A stretch of 64,000 nt of DNA from an uncultured Terricaulis sp. (GCA_964653495.1 CAZZFE010000016.1:2689-66688); one strand, 5' to 3'. Shown: positions 36,682 through 47,352, counted from the stretch's first letter. A program made the numbers and translations. Notes: generated by a model from the sequence alone, not told the origin.

Positions 36682-37554
36682 TTAGGCGTTGGACGACGCC
36701 ATTGCGCGCATCGCCTCGCGCTCGTCGATGAGTTCGGCATAGCCCAGAACACGGCGAATCTTGCTCGTGTCGTAGCAGATGTCCTGCGCGAAATTGTACG
36801 GCGCCTCGATCGCCGGTAATTCGCTGGGCGGCAGATAATCGAGGCGCTCGCCAATCGTCGGCGTCTCAGCCTCACCGACATTGAAGACTTCTCCCGCTGC
36901 GCGCGGATCAATCACCGCCAGTGCAATCGCGCGCGCGACGTTGTCGACATGGCCGTGCGTCCAGCGCCAATCGGGATGCGCGCGCATGCTGTAGATTGTC
37001 GCGAGGTTCGCGTTGTCCTCCGGCCCGTACACCTTCGGCAGCCGCAGCACCGTGCCCGGCAGCGAAGTGCGCGAGAGCACCTCGCGCTCGGCCAGGATTT
37101 TCTCATACCAATGCTCCATCGCGTCCGGCGGCGTCGCGTCGGTGCGATAGGGATAGAGCTTGGTGCGCAGCGGCGAGGTTTCGCGAAGCGGCGTTGGTTC
37201 GATCTCGCCTGGCTCAAGCCCGGTGAGGCGCCCGTAGGCGGCGTACACATCGCCGCTTGACGCAAGCACTACGCGCCCGGCGCGGCCATCGAACGCCGCC
37301 ATTGCCGCGCCCGCGTCGGATTGTCCCATCGCGATCATCAGCAGCACCACGTCTGGCGCGAAGGCGGTCGTTTCGGGCGGGAAGCGCGTGACGGGAATGC
37401 CAGCGTCTGGGCTGCGTACAATACGTGTTTCGGTGGGCAGTGCGGCGCTGTGTTGGCCGCGATGCAGCGCCATCACCTCCCAGCCGCGCGCGATCAGCGC
37501 CCGGATCACGCGCGGGCCGATGAATCTCGTGCCGCCAACGACAAGACAACGCAT
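36682..37554 (-). CDS. NAD-dependent epimerase/dehydratase
   Basis: GGTRFIG, SSGDVY, YEKILAE and LRLPKVYGP. Confidence 0.85.
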   Translation of the reverse strand: MRCLVVGGTRFIGPRVIRALIARGWEVMALHRGQHSAALPTETRIVRSPDAGIPVTRFPPETTAFAPDVVLLMIAMGQSDAGAAMAAFDGRAGRVVLASSGDVYAAYGRLTGLEPGEIEPTPLRETSPLRTKLYPYRTDATPPDAMEHWYEKILAEREVLSRTSLPGTVLRLPKVYGPEDNANLATIYSMRAHPDWRWTHGHVDNVARAIALAVIDPRAAGEVFNVGEAETPTIGERLDYLPPSELPAIEAPYNFAQDICYDTSKIRRVLGYAELIDEREAMRAMASSNA

Positions 37555-37609
37555 CAAAACCAATTGCTTTGCCGGCGTTTTCGGGTCAAGCGAACGCCGG
37601 GAGTAAGCT

Positions 37610-38899
37610 ATGTCCGCAGTGGTGGTTTTTGGCGCCCAATGGGGCGACGAGGGCAAGGGCAAAATCGTCGATTGGCTGTGCCATCGCGCCGATGTCGTGG
37701 TGCGCTTTCAGGGCGGCCACAATGCTGGCCACACGCTCGTCGTCGGCGACACCACCTACAAGCTCGCGCTGCTGCCGTCAGGTGTGGTGCAGGGCAAGCT
37801 CTCGATCATCGGCAATGGCGTCGTCGTAGATCCGTGGGCGCTGACCGAGGAGATCGCCAAGATCGAAGCGCAAGGCGTGAAGATCGCAGCGGATAAGCTC
37901 GTGCTCTCCGATCAAGCCTGCCTCATCCTGCCGTTTCACCGCGATCTCGACGCCGCTCGCGAAGCGCAAGCCGGCGCCTCGTCCATCGGCACCACGCGCC
38001 GCGGTATCGGCCCGGCGTACGAAGACAAAGTCGGCCGCCGCGCGCTGCGCGTTGCTGACCTCGCGGACGCTGACGCGATCGCCTGGAAGATCGAGCGCCT
38101 CACCGCGCACCACAACGCGCTGCGCCGTGGTCTTGATCTGCCGGAGATCGATGTCGAAGCGCTGAAGCGCGAACTCGCGGCGATTGCGCCGAAGATTTTG
38201 CCGTACGCCAAGCCGGCTTGGCGCGTGTTGGAAGAGGTGCGCCGCGACTCGAAGAAAATTCTGTTCGAGGGTGCGCAAGGCGCGTTGCTCGACGTCGATC
38301 ACGGCACCTATCCGTTCGTGACCTCGTCCAACGTTGTGGCGGGGCAGGCGGCGGCGGGCTCCGGCCTTGGTCCGCGCGCGATCACCTATGTGCTCGGCCT
38401 TGTGAAGGCCTACACCACGCGCGTCGGCGGCGGCCCGTTCCCGACCGAATTGTTCGATGATGTCGGCAAGCGCCTGGGTGAAGTGGGCCGCGAAGTTGGC
38501 ACCAATACGGGCCGTGCGCGCCGCTGCGGCTGGTTTGACGCCGTGCTCGTGCGCCAATCGATCGCGCTCTCCGGCGCCGACGGCATCGCGCTGACGAAGC
38601 TCGACGTGCTGGACGGCTTCGACGAGATCAAGATCTGCACCGGCTACAAGCTCGGCGGCAAGATGATCGATTATCTGCCCGCGGGCTTGAAGGATCAGGC
38701 GGCGGTTGAGCCTGTGTACGAGAGCCTGCCCGGCTGGACGGAGTCGACACGCGGCGCGCGCTCCTCGCGCGATCTGCCGGCGAACGCGATCAAATACATC
38801 CGCCGCATCGAGGAATTGATCGGCTGCCCGGCCGCGCTCGTCAGCACCTCGCCCGAGCGCGACGACGTGATCCTGATGCGTGATCCATTCAAGGCGTGA
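37610..38899 (+). CDS. purA: Adenylosuccinate synthetase
   Basis: [26 protein letters not shown] and EGAQG. Confidence 0.98.
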   Translation: MSAVVVFGAQWGDEGKGKIVDWLCHRADVVVRFQGGHNAGHTLVVGDTTYKLALLPSGVVQGKLSIIGNGVVVDPWALTEEIAKIEAQGVKIAADKLVLSDQACLILPFHRDLDAAREAQAGASSIGTTRRGIGPAYEDKVGRRALRVADLADADAIAWKIERLTAHHNALRRGLDLPEIDVEALKRELAAIAPKILPYAKPAWRVLEEVRRDSKKILFEGAQGALLDVDHGTYPFVTSSNVVAGQAAAGSGLGPRAITYVLGLVKAYTTRVGGGPFPTELFDDVGKRLGEVGREVGTNTGRARRCGWFDAVLVRQSIALSGADGIALTKLDVLDGFDEIKICTGYKLGGKMIDYLPAGLKDQAAVEPVYESLPGWTESTRGARSSRDLPANAIKYIRRIEELIGCPAALVSTSPERDDVILMRDPFKA

Positions 38900-39272
38900 T
38901 CGCGGCTTCAATTGAAGCAACGAAAGCCGGCAGCGCGGCGATCGCGTCGGTTGGCGCCGGTGCGTGGATCAGTGGCGAGCCTCTATCCCCCAAGTCTTTG
39001 AGGGGTGTCGCGCCGCCCGTACGGCTCAGCACAATAATCTCCGCTTCGCTCAAGCGCGGAGAGGTCGCCGCGAACGCGGCAAGCTCCCGCGCGCCAACAT
39101 GCGCGTGCGCGGGCTCGGCAATGATCGCGTTAACACGCACGCGATCGGCGATGTGGATCGCCGAAAGCACGTCTGGCGCGCTGACGATCGTCGCCGGCCA
39201 ATCACGCAGCAGCGTCGGCAACAGCACGCGTGTTGTCGGCGAAGCGCCGACCAGGAGGATGGTCTTGAGCAT
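38889..39272 (-). CDS. Degenerate receiver-like (CheY-fold) protein
   Basis: KTILLV...IIAE...IIVLS secondary-structure pattern; lacks the acidic pocket and Lys. Confidence 0.4.
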   Translation of the reverse strand: MLKTILLVGASPTTRVLLPTLLRDWPATIVSAPDVLSAIHIADRVRVNAIIAEPAHAHVGARELAAFAATSPRLSEAEIIVLSRTGGATPLKDLGDRGSPLIHAPAPTDAIAALPAFVASIEAAITP

Positions 39273-39491
39273 GGTTCTAGCGCTTCAGCCCTCGATCAAC
39301 GCATCGACGCGAGCGATGTGAGCTTTCGGCGGATCGCCCAGATGTAGGTCTGCGCCGCGCTCCAGCAGGTGCGTCGTTTCGTTCGTTCCCTGGGGCCGGA
39401 GCGATCGGTTCGGTGGCGATCCTTTGTGTGCTTGGCATGGAGCATTCCCCGCTGGCGTTTCACGGGTTCGGTACGCAGTTTCGCGCTTTCA

Positions 39492-39531
39492 GACTTGCCA
39501 TTTGACGACAATGACTTGATCTGAAGCGACA
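39492..39531. promoter_or_regulatory. Direct-repeat pair (21-bp period), candidate AraC-family site
   Basis: GACTTG-N8-CGACA twice (39492 and 39513). Confidence 0.55.
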
Positions 39532-39546
39532 GGAGCGTTCACGGGC

Positions 39547-40578
39547 ATGTTGAGTGTGGCGGCGACAGCCGATCTGGCGCGAGCGGGCGTCTTCCATGGC
39601 TTCCGCGAAACCGTTGCTACGTGTGGCGGCGACGCCGATGCGTTGTTGCGGGAAGTCGGGCTCGATCCCGCGCAGATCGTCGATCCGGACAATTACGTTC
39701 CCTACACCGCGCTGATCCGCGTTCTGGAGTTGGCGGCGGAGCGCTTACACCGCGCGGATTTCGGCCTGCTTTTCGGCAGCACGCAATCCTACGGCTTGAT
39801 GGGGCCGCTCTCTGTCGCGGCGATCAATTCAAAGACGGCGCGCGATGGCGTCGAATGCGTTGGCCGCTTCGTGCACTTTCACAACCGCGCCATCGTGCTG
39901 GCGATCGAAGCGCTGGCCGATCGCGACGCCGATCTCGTGTGGCAGGACGTCGTCATTTCACATCGGCTCAAATACACGCAGCTGGTGGAACGCCAGATCG
40001 CTTACGAGCACACGATGATGGCGCGTTTGATCGAGGATTACACGCCGCTTGAGGTGTGGTTTCGCCACGCGCCGCTCTCATCGCTTGAAACATACGAACG
40101 CTTGTTCGGCTTGCGGCCGCGCTTCAGCGAACGCAAGAACGGCATCGTTCTCTCTCGCGCCGCTTTGGACACGCCGCGTCCAGGACGCAGCGAGCAGCTG
40201 CGGCGTTCAGCCCTCATGTACATCGAGAGCCTCGACAGCAAGGCCAGTGACAGCTTCAGCGGCCGCGTGCGCGCGACATTGTTGGCGATGATGGGCGCGG
40301 GCGCGGGCGCGCCGCAAAGCGATGTCGCGAACGCACTTTCGCTGCACGAACGCACGCTGCAGCGGCGCTTGAAGGACGAAGGCGTCAGCTTCGAGGAGAT
40401 CAAGGATGGCGTACGCCGTGAGATGGCGGAGCGTCTGTTAGGTCAGCGCGGCCTGCCGCTGTCGCACGTGGCGGAGATGCTCGGTTACTCGGAAGCGGCG
40501 GCGTTTACGCGCTCGTGCCGGCGCTGGTTCGGCGAACCGCCGCGCGAGGTGCGCAAGCGTTTGGCGGGCGCGGCCTGA
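39547..40578 (+). CDS. AraC-family regulator
   Basis: ERTLQRRLKDEG and VAEMLGYSEAAAFTRSCRRWFG. Confidence 0.93.
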   Translation: MLSVAATADLARAGVFHGFRETVATCGGDADALLREVGLDPAQIVDPDNYVPYTALIRVLELAAERLHRADFGLLFGSTQSYGLMGPLSVAAINSKTARDGVECVGRFVHFHNRAIVLAIEALADRDADLVWQDVVISHRLKYTQLVERQIAYEHTMMARLIEDYTPLEVWFRHAPLSSLETYERLFGLRPRFSERKNGIVLSRAALDTPRPGRSEQLRRSALMYIESLDSKASDSFSGRVRATLLAMMGAGAGAPQSDVANALSLHERTLQRRLKDEGVSFEEIKDGVRREMAERLLGQRGLPLSHVAEMLGYSEAAAFTRSCRRWFGEPPREVRKRLAGAA

Positions 40579-40685
40579 GGCTTGCGCTCAGGGCGCGAAT
40601 TTCGCGCTACAAACATGAGGATAGAGGCTCCCCATGGGCGGCGCGAGCGGCTAGGCTCGCGGCGATTGATTTGCCGGAGAAACGA

Positions 40686-41351
40686 ATGTCGGCCGAAAAC
40701 GGTGACGAGCACGGCGCGGGGCGGACGAATTTCCGGTTCAACGCCGAAGCGGCGCGCGAGCGGGTGCAGCAAGGCTTGCGCAAATCCGAGTTCATCCTCT
40801 CGCGCGCTTACGGCTTGCTGCGCGAGCCGAAGAACGAATGGGAGCAAATCCGCGCCGAAGACACGACGATTCCGAACATCCTCGTCGGCTATGTCGCGCC
40901 GCTCGCGGCGATCCCGCCGATCTGCGGGCTGATCGGCGGCTACGCGTTCGGCATGAACATCGGTGGTGAAATCATCCGGCCGATGCTGGTCGATGCGCTG
41001 ACAAGCGCGGTCGTGACCTGGCTCGTCAGCATTGCGTTGGTTGGCCTGCTGGGCATCGTCGTGAATGCGGTGGCCGACAATTTCGACGGCGACCGAAACG
41101 ATCTCGCTGCGCAAAAGGTCGCCGCCTATTCGCTGACGCCGTCGTTTCTCTCCGGCTTCTTTTCGCTGTGGCCGCCGCTCTGGTGGCTCTCTCTCATCGC
41201 GCTCGCGGCGATGGTTTTCCTGCTTTATCGCGGCCTGCCGATCCTCATGAAAGCGCCGGAAGAACGCGCCACAGCCTACACAGCCACGGTCACGATCGCT
41301 GCGGTTGTATCTGGCGTCGTGTTGTTCGCGCTGGGATCGTGCGTCGGCTGA
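40686..41351 (+). CDS. Yip1-family membrane protein
   Basis: LLREPKNEWEQI, YVAPLAAIP, AYSLTP and GLPILMKAP. Confidence 0.85.
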   Translation: MSAENGDEHGAGRTNFRFNAEAARERVQQGLRKSEFILSRAYGLLREPKNEWEQIRAEDTTIPNILVGYVAPLAAIPPICGLIGGYAFGMNIGGEIIRPMLVDALTSAVVTWLVSIALVGLLGIVVNAVADNFDGDRNDLAAQKVAAYSLTPSFLSGFFSLWPPLWWLSLIALAAMVFLLYRGLPILMKAPEERATAYTATVTIAAVVSGVVLFALGSCVG

Positions 41352-41423
41352 TCCGTATTCGTTTGGCGCAGCGGACGGGGGCGCCTAGCATCGCGGCGGA
41401 CCAAGAATCGGAGGCAAGTCGCC

Positions 41424-42581
41424 ATGACCATAGACCCCAATATCGGCGTCAATCCTGGCCTCGTCGATCGCGTGAAGAGCATCCTGCTCACGCCGAAGGC
41501 GGAGTGGGCGAAGATCGACACCGAAGAAGCGGACGTCGGCAAGCTCTACACCGGTTATGTGCTGCCGCTCGCGGCGCTCGCCGCAATCTGCACAGTGATC
41601 GGATTGACCGTGTTTGGCGCCGGCGCGCTCGGCTTCACGGTGCGCTTCTCGCCGGTGCAAGCGATCGTGACGGGCGCCATTCAGTTGATCATGAACTTGG
41701 TCGGCATCTTCGTGCTGGCGCTGATCGTCAATGCGCTCGCGCCAACGTTCGGCTCGGCGCCCAATCAAACCCAAGCGCACAAGCTGGCCGCATATAGCGC
41801 GACCGCCGGTCTGCTTTCGGGCGTGTTTATGATCTTCCCGGCGCTGGGCATACTTGGCTTGCTCGGCCTCTATTCGCTCGCGCTTCTCTTCATCGGGCTC
41901 CCCGTTTTGATGAAGACGCCGGACGACAAGCGCATCGGCTATTTCGCGACCGTGCTCATCGTGGCGATCGTCGTCGGCATCATGATGAATTTCGTCGTCG
42001 CCCAGGTCAGCCGAAGCGCGTTGGGCGTTGGCGCACCTGCGATCACGTATGGCGCGAACACGCCGTCTACAGTGCAAGGCTCAGTCGAGCTTCCCGGCGG
42101 CGGTGAGATCGATCTCTCCGAGATCGAAAAGCTCGGCGAGCAGGGCGCGGTGCGCACGTTGTCGTCCGAGCAGATGCAAGCGCTTATGCCGCAAAGCTTG
42201 CCTGGAGGCTTTACGCTTGCTTCGTCCTCCGTCAGCTCCGCCATGGGGATCACCACGTCCGAAGGCACCTACAATCGCGGCGATGCCTCGATCCATCTGT
42301 CCGTCGTGAATATGGGGCAGATGGGCGCAATCGCCTCGATGGCGGGCGTCGCAGGCATCAGTGAATCCCGTCAGGACGCTGACGGGTATTCGCGCACGAA
42401 CACCGTCGACGGCCGCGTGGTCACCGAGCAGATGAGCCGCTCCGCCAATTCCGCCAGCTACGGCATTGTCGGCCGTGGCATGGCGGTGACCGCGGATGGC
42501 AACGGCGTCAGCGTCGATGATGTGCGCGGCGCCGTGGAGAGTGTGGGCATCCAGCGCCTCGAAGCGATGGTCGCGCAATAA
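41424..42581 (+). CDS. Yip1-family membrane protein with a C-terminal soluble domain
   Basis: RVKSILLTPKAEW, AAYSATA and GLPVLMKTP. Confidence 0.85.
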   Translation: MTIDPNIGVNPGLVDRVKSILLTPKAEWAKIDTEEADVGKLYTGYVLPLAALAAICTVIGLTVFGAGALGFTVRFSPVQAIVTGAIQLIMNLVGIFVLALIVNALAPTFGSAPNQTQAHKLAAYSATAGLLSGVFMIFPALGILGLLGLYSLALLFIGLPVLMKTPDDKRIGYFATVLIVAIVVGIMMNFVVAQVSRSALGVGAPAITYGANTPSTVQGSVELPGGGEIDLSEIEKLGEQGAVRTLSSEQMQALMPQSLPGGFTLASSSVSSAMGITTSEGTYNRGDASIHLSVVNMGQMGAIASMAGVAGISESRQDADGYSRTNTVDGRVVTEQMSRSANSASYGIVGRGMAVTADGNGVSVDDVRGAVESVGIQRLEAMVAQ

Positions 42582-42604
42582 GAACGAACAAGGTGGGGAC
42601 GAAA

Positions 42605-43597
42605 ATGAAGCATGCATGGCGCGCCGCGGCCTCGGCGCTGGCGCTGATCGGCTTGATGGCTTGCGCGACGCAGAGCGCGACCGTGCCATTGGTCAACGCG
42701 ACCAGCGAAACCGTAGGCTTCGCCTCAGCGACGCCGGAGCAGGGCGCGGCCATCCTCTCCGCCAATGACGAATATCTGAGCGTGCTTTCCGCCGCAGATC
42801 TTTCCATTCGCCTGCAGGGTCGTGAAGGAACTGGCGCGGATCTCGGCCGCGTCTATGCCGGCGCGACGCAGACCTGGACGAGCGCGGAGAATGAGCGCTT
42901 GCGCTTGATGGTCGTGCGCCATCGCCCACGCCTCAATCAGTTGGCCGGCTGGCTGCCGGACACGGTGTATTTCATCAAGGGTTCGCGCGCGATCGAAGGC
43001 GGCATTCCGCATACGCGCGGCGACGGCATCTTCTTCGGCCCGCAATTGCCGGAGAGCGATGAAGCGCTCGATGGCTTGTTCATGCACGAGCTCTTCCACG
43101 TGCTCTCGCGCCATAGCGCTTCGCGTCACGACGAGCTTTACGGCATCATCGGCTTCGTGCGTTGCCCCGCTGAGCTGCCACAAAGCATGCGCGATCGCGG
43201 CATCACCAATCCCGACGCGCCTGCCGTCCAGCACGCGTCGCCGATCTCGGAAAGCGATCCGACCTTGCTGGCGACGCCGCTCCTGTTCGCGGACCCGGCG
43301 CGGTACGATCCGTCGAAGCAGAATCTTGGCCAATATTTCGATCCGGAACTGCAGCTGCTGCGGCGCGGCGCTGACGGCAAATGCCGCCCGGCGGAGGGCG
43401 TGAGCATGTCGCAAGATGCGATCCGCGAAGCGATCTTCGCGCGCTCGGGCCGCAACACGAATTACATGTTCCATCCCGAAGAGCTGATGGCCGACAATTT
43501 CTCGCAGATGATGATGGGCCGAAGCGTCGCCGATCCGTGGGTGCACGAGCGGCTGGCGGTGTTGCTCGGCGTCGATTCTCCGGCGCGTCGGCCTTAG
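42605..43597 (+). CDS. Lipoprotein with an HExxH zincin motif
   Basis: Lipobox LMAC; PHTRG, HELFHVLSR and HPEELMADNF. Confidence 0.65.
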   Translation: MKHAWRAAASALALIGLMACATQSATVPLVNATSETVGFASATPEQGAAILSANDEYLSVLSAADLSIRLQGREGTGADLGRVYAGATQTWTSAENERLRLMVVRHRPRLNQLAGWLPDTVYFIKGSRAIEGGIPHTRGDGIFFGPQLPESDEALDGLFMHELFHVLSRHSASRHDELYGIIGFVRCPAELPQSMRDRGITNPDAPAVQHASPISESDPTLLATPLLFADPARYDPSKQNLGQYFDPELQLLRRGADGKCRPAEGVSMSQDAIREAIFARSGRNTNYMFHPEELMADNFSQMMMGRSVADPWVHERLAVLLGVDSPARRP

Positions 43598-45648
43598 CCT
43601 TCGCGCGCCGGCTGCGGGCGCTGTGCGAGCACGGCGTTGCAGTCTGCGTCTTCGGCAAGGCCGAGATCAATAAACGGCAGCACGCCGGCGATCGGCGCAA
43701 CCAACGCGCCAAGCGCGGCGGCGAGACCGCCATCGTCAGCCGCTTCTTCGAGATCAACACCAACTTGCGGCGCGCGCAGGCTGCCGCGCATCACGATGGG
43801 CGCGTCGACGCTCAACAGGCGCGGCTCTTTCGGCTCGCCTTGCAAGCGCAGATTCAACCGTTCATCGCGCAAGCTGACGCCGCCTGTGCCGCGGATGAGC
43901 ACGGTTTCGGTGTCGACGATGAACGTGTGAACCCGCGCCAGGCCGTTGTTCACCCGGAAGCTCGCGACGCCGCAGCGTATGCCGATCTTGTCGTCGTCGC
44001 CTGAGAGCAGGAGGCCGAGGCCGCGCGTGACGTTGATACCGGTCAGCTCCGCGAACGCTTCGCGCACTTCGCCGCGCGGGATCACGAAGCTGATGTCGCC
44101 ATCGGCGCTGGCCGCGGCGTCACGCACCGAACCTCCCGTGCCCACGAGCCGCAAGCGGCCAGCGAGCGCGCCAGTGATCGGTTGCTGGTTCTCCATGCGC
44201 ACGATGGATTCAAGCCGCGCGCCCGTGAGCCGTACGTCCATGGCCACGCGCGGCGTGTCTTGGCGCGCATTGATCGACACCGCGCCAGCGACGCGGCCCT
44301 GCGTGAGCGAAAGCGTCAGCGGATCAAGGCGGAGCAAGCCCTGGTCGAGGTTTACATCGACCGCCAGCCCGCGCAGCGGCAGCCGATCCGTGCGCACGCG
44401 CGCCGCGCGATAGGAGACGCGGGCATCCATGTTCCGGACGCGGGAGATGTCGAGCTGCGCATCCGGCAGCAGCCGGTTGGACGCCGCGAGTTGCTGCGCC
44501 ACGGCGCGTTGTTCGGTGGACGCGGTTTCGGTCGTGTCCGGCGCGCCGCCGAGCACGGCCATGAGATCGTCGAAGTCGAGCGTGCGCGTGTTGAAATCGC
44601 CGACGAGCAGCAAGCGGCCATTGCGTTGACGCGACGCGGTGAACGAACCGGCGAGATCGCTATCGCCGACGCGGCCACGCACGTCCTGCATACCGTACGT
44701 CGTGCCGCTGCGCTCGATGCGGCCGCGCAGTGCGTAAGGCGGCGTGTTCGGCAGCGCGAGGCCGAGGAGGTAGTAGAGGTCCGCGAGGTCGGGGCCGGAA
44801 GCCACGACGTCGGCGCTGAAATAATTGAGATCGAACGGCTTGGCGATTGCGCCGTCTGCTTGAATGCGCGTCCCGGCGGCGCGGACGTCGGCCTGGAACG
44901 CGTAGGGGCGATCGCGGCGTACGTTCAGCAACGGTGCGCCGCTGGCTTCGAGGGTGAAGGGGCGATTGTTGAGTTCGCCTTCGCCAGCGAGCACAAAGCG
45001 GCCGCCTTCGCTGGCGCTTTCGTTCGAGCTGAACGTCGCGTCGAGCACCATGCGGCGCTTCTCGTCTTCGAGGCGCAGGCGTCCATTGCTCAGGCTGAAT
45101 TGGCGGATGGCGGGAAGGTTGAACTGGCGGCCATCGTTGGCGGCGTTCGGATCGCGCGCCCAATTCGCGTCGCCCTCGGCGTTGCGATAGAGCTGCACCT
45201 CGGTTTCCTCGAGATCGATGCGCACGATATCGAGATGGCCGAACAAGAGCGGCAGCAGTCGCACCGAGGCGCGCGCTTCGCCGACATCAGCGAAGATGCC
45301 GCGATCCGCGAAGCGGCGCGGGTTGCCGATTTTCAGTTCGGTGACGTGAATTTCCGGCGTCCACGACCATGGGTTCACATCGAGATCGCCGCCAATGACG
45401 ATGGCGCGGCCGGTTGCGTTGGAGGCGTAGCGCGAGATCGGGCCCTTGAGGGCGTTCCAGTCCGCGAACGTCACCAGCAGCAGAAGCGTCGCGACAAGGC
45501 CACCGACGATGCCGCCGGTCCAAAGCCCGATGGGCTTCCACGTCGCGCGGCGTACGGCTGCGCCAAAACGCGCGGCGCGCGGTGCGCTCCACTCGCGCAC
45601 CGCGCGCCATTTTTCGCGCGTCCAGGATGTCAGTCTCGTAAGGGCCAA
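43594..45648 (-). CDS. AsmA-family protein (start uncertain)
   Basis: N-terminal TM then DWNALKGPI; GRVGDSDLAG, LDFDDL and IRCGVASF. Confidence 0.85.
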   Translation of the reverse strand: MALTRLTSWTREKWRAVREWSAPRAARFGAAVRRATWKPIGLWTGGIVGGLVATLLLLVTFADWNALKGPISRYASNATGRAIVIGGDLDVNPWSWTPEIHVTELKIGNPRRFADRGIFADVGEARASVRLLPLLFGHLDIVRIDLEETEVQLYRNAEGDANWARDPNAANDGRQFNLPAIRQFSLSNGRLRLEDEKRRMVLDATFSSNESASEGGRFVLAGEGELNNRPFTLEASGAPLLNVRRDRPYAFQADVRAAGTRIQADGAIAKPFDLNYFSADVVASGPDLADLYYLLGLALPNTPPYALRGRIERSGTTYGMQDVRGRVGDSDLAGSFTASRQRNGRLLLVGDFNTRTLDFDDLMAVLGGAPDTTETASTEQRAVAQQLAASNRLLPDAQLDISRVRNMDARVSYRAARVRTDRLPLRGLAVDVNLDQGLLRLDPLTLSLTQGRVAGAVSINARQDTPRVAMDVRLTGARLESIVRMENQQPITGALAGRLRLVGTGGSVRDAAASADGDISFVIPRGEVREAFAELTGINVTRGLGLLLSGDDDKIGIRCGVASFRVNNGLARVHTFIVDTETVLIRGTGGVSLRDERLNLRLQGEPKEPRLLSVDAPIVMRGSLRAPQVGVDLEEAADDGGLAAALGALVAPIAGVLPFIDLGLAEDADCNAVLAQRPQPAREG

Positions 45649-45802
45649 GGAAACAAATCCGTTTCCTAGCAAACGCTTATGACGCGCTGGCGTTCCCGCG
45701 CGGATTTTCTCCACAGGATTGCGCTGACGCAAAGCGATGGCGCGGCCTGCAGTGGAAAAAGAGGCGTACACTGTCCCGCGTCTGGAGCGACGGAGTCAGC
45801 CC

Positions 45803-46144
45803 ATGACAGCACGCAAGAGAGCAACCAGCCCGGCTTCGCCGGTTTCATCCGTAGTCGCAGCGATGCAAGCGCCTGCGGCGCAATCGTTCGCCACGAGCCA
45901 GCGTCTTGCCTTGGAGGCCGCCCGCTTTTGGGCGCGCAGGATGCGTTCTTACGCCGATCAGATGGAAACGCTGATCTGCTGCACCGACGCCAACCAGGCC
46001 GCCGCGGCGAGCACGCGCTTCTTCGAGCAAATGCGCGCGGACTATGCCGCGGAAGCTGAGATCATGCGCGACCTCTGGCGGCAGCCGGACGATGAACGCG
46101 CCGGCGCCGCCGAAGGTAGGGAAGGCGAGGGCAGGGAGGCTTAG
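45803..46144 (+). CDS. Helical hypothetical protein, phasin-like
   Basis: GGAG RBS; EAARFWARRMRSYAD...FFEQMRADY amphipathic pattern. Confidence 0.45.
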   Translation: MTARKRATSPASPVSSVVAAMQAPAAQSFATSQRLALEAARFWARRMRSYADQMETLICCTDANQAAAASTRFFEQMRADYAAEAEIMRDLWRQPDDERAGAAEGREGEGREA

Positions 46145-47055
46145 GCGCCTGCTTCAGCGAGCAAGCCGCGTTCTGCGGCTTGTCGCTTCATCGCCTTCTG
46201 CAGCTTTTCAAACGCGCGCACTTCGATCTGGCGCACGCGCTCACGGCTGACGCCGTATTCGCGCGACAGATCTTCGAGCGTCGCCGGTTCATCCTTCAAG
46301 CGGCGCTCTTGGATGATGTGGCGTTCGCGTTCGTTGAGATCGCCCATCGCCGCTTGCAGCAGCGACATGCGGGCGTCGAACTCTTCACTATCGGCCAGGC
46401 GCGTTTCCTGGGTGCCCTCGGTCTTGTCGTCCGCGAGCCAATCCATCCACTCGCTTTCGCCTTCGCCGCCTGCGCCGCCGACCGGGGCATTGAGGCTCGC
46501 ATCGCCGCCGCCGGAGAGGCGACGGTTCATCGAGGTCACTTCTTCCTCGGTCACCGCTAGCTTGTGGGCGATGGTTTTGACGTGCTCGGGGCGCAGATCG
46601 CCTTCTTCAAGCGCGGCCATCTCGCCTTTGAGACGACGCAGGTTGAAGAAGAGCTTCTTCTGCGCCGCCGTGGTGCCCATTTTCACGAGGCTCCACGAGC
46701 GCAGGATGTATTCCTGGATCGACGCGCGGATCCACCACATCGCGTACGTCGCGAGGCGGAAACCCTTGTCCGGATCGAATTTCTTGACCGCCTGCATGAG
46801 GCCGACATTGCCTTCGGAGATCACTTCCCCGATCGGCAGGCCGTAGCCGCGGTAGCCCATGGCGATCTTCGCAACGAGGCGGAGGTGGCTGGTGACCAGC
46901 GTGTGCGCGGCGCGATTGTCGCCGTGTTCCTGCCAACGCTTGGCCAGCATGAATTCTTCGTCCTTCTGGAGCATCGGAAACTTGCGGATCTCCGAGAGAT
47001 ACCGTTGCAGGCCCTGCTCGGGGGACAGCGCAAGCGTGAGCGCAGTTGATGCCAT
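46141..47055 (-). CDS. rpoH: RNA polymerase sigma-32 factor
   Basis: SHLRLVAKIA, RpoH box TTAAQKKLFFNLR and SRERVRQIE. Confidence 0.97.
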   Translation of the reverse strand: MASTALTLALSPEQGLQRYLSEIRKFPMLQKDEEFMLAKRWQEHGDNRAAHTLVTSHLRLVAKIAMGYRGYGLPIGEVISEGNVGLMQAVKKFDPDKGFRLATYAMWWIRASIQEYILRSWSLVKMGTTAAQKKLFFNLRRLKGEMAALEEGDLRPEHVKTIAHKLAVTEEEVTSMNRRLSGGGDASLNAPVGGAGGEGESEWMDWLADDKTEGTQETRLADSEEFDARMSLLQAAMGDLNERERHIIQERRLKDEPATLEDLSREYGVSRERVRQIEVRAFEKLQKAMKRQAAERGLLAEAGA

Positions 47056-47150
47056 TTTTCTTACCCCTCTCCTCGTTGGCCGTCTTGCGGGGCCATCGAC
47101 TGTACTTCTTACGAACGAACAGCCGGGCCGGTTGCCGACGCCAGGTGCTC

Positions 47151-47158
47151 ATATAGGG
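47151..47158 (-). promoter_or_regulatory. Sigma32-type -10 element upstream of rpoH
   Basis: CCCTATAT on the minus strand; -35 not clear. Confidence 0.45.
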
Positions 47159-47322
47159 AGCCTTCGGCGTTTTGCTCGTCGCCCCCGATCACGCTCTCGC
47201 TATCGCGATGCTTCAGCGTGACTGATCGCATCTTCCGCCGTGGCCACGGCAAAAGCGGGGGCCAAACGGGGCGAGGCCGTGACCTCGCCTGACAATCCGG
47301 CGACTCCAAATGTTAAGAACTA

Positions 47323-47352
47323 GAACATAACAAGAACTATGTGATTCGGCAA
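47323..47352 (-). promoter_or_regulatory. Alphaproteobacterial LexA box overlapping a sigma70-type promoter facing rpoH
   Basis: GAAC-ATAACAA-GAAC at 47323-47337; minus strand TTGCCG-N17-TATGTT. Confidence 0.65.

Noticed and set aside
39344-39373. Minus-strand peptide THLLERGADL resembling the tyrosine recombinase box II or an ankyrin repeat
   Set aside because: No start codon in that frame and no other recombinase motifs; at most a tiny remnant or a chance match.
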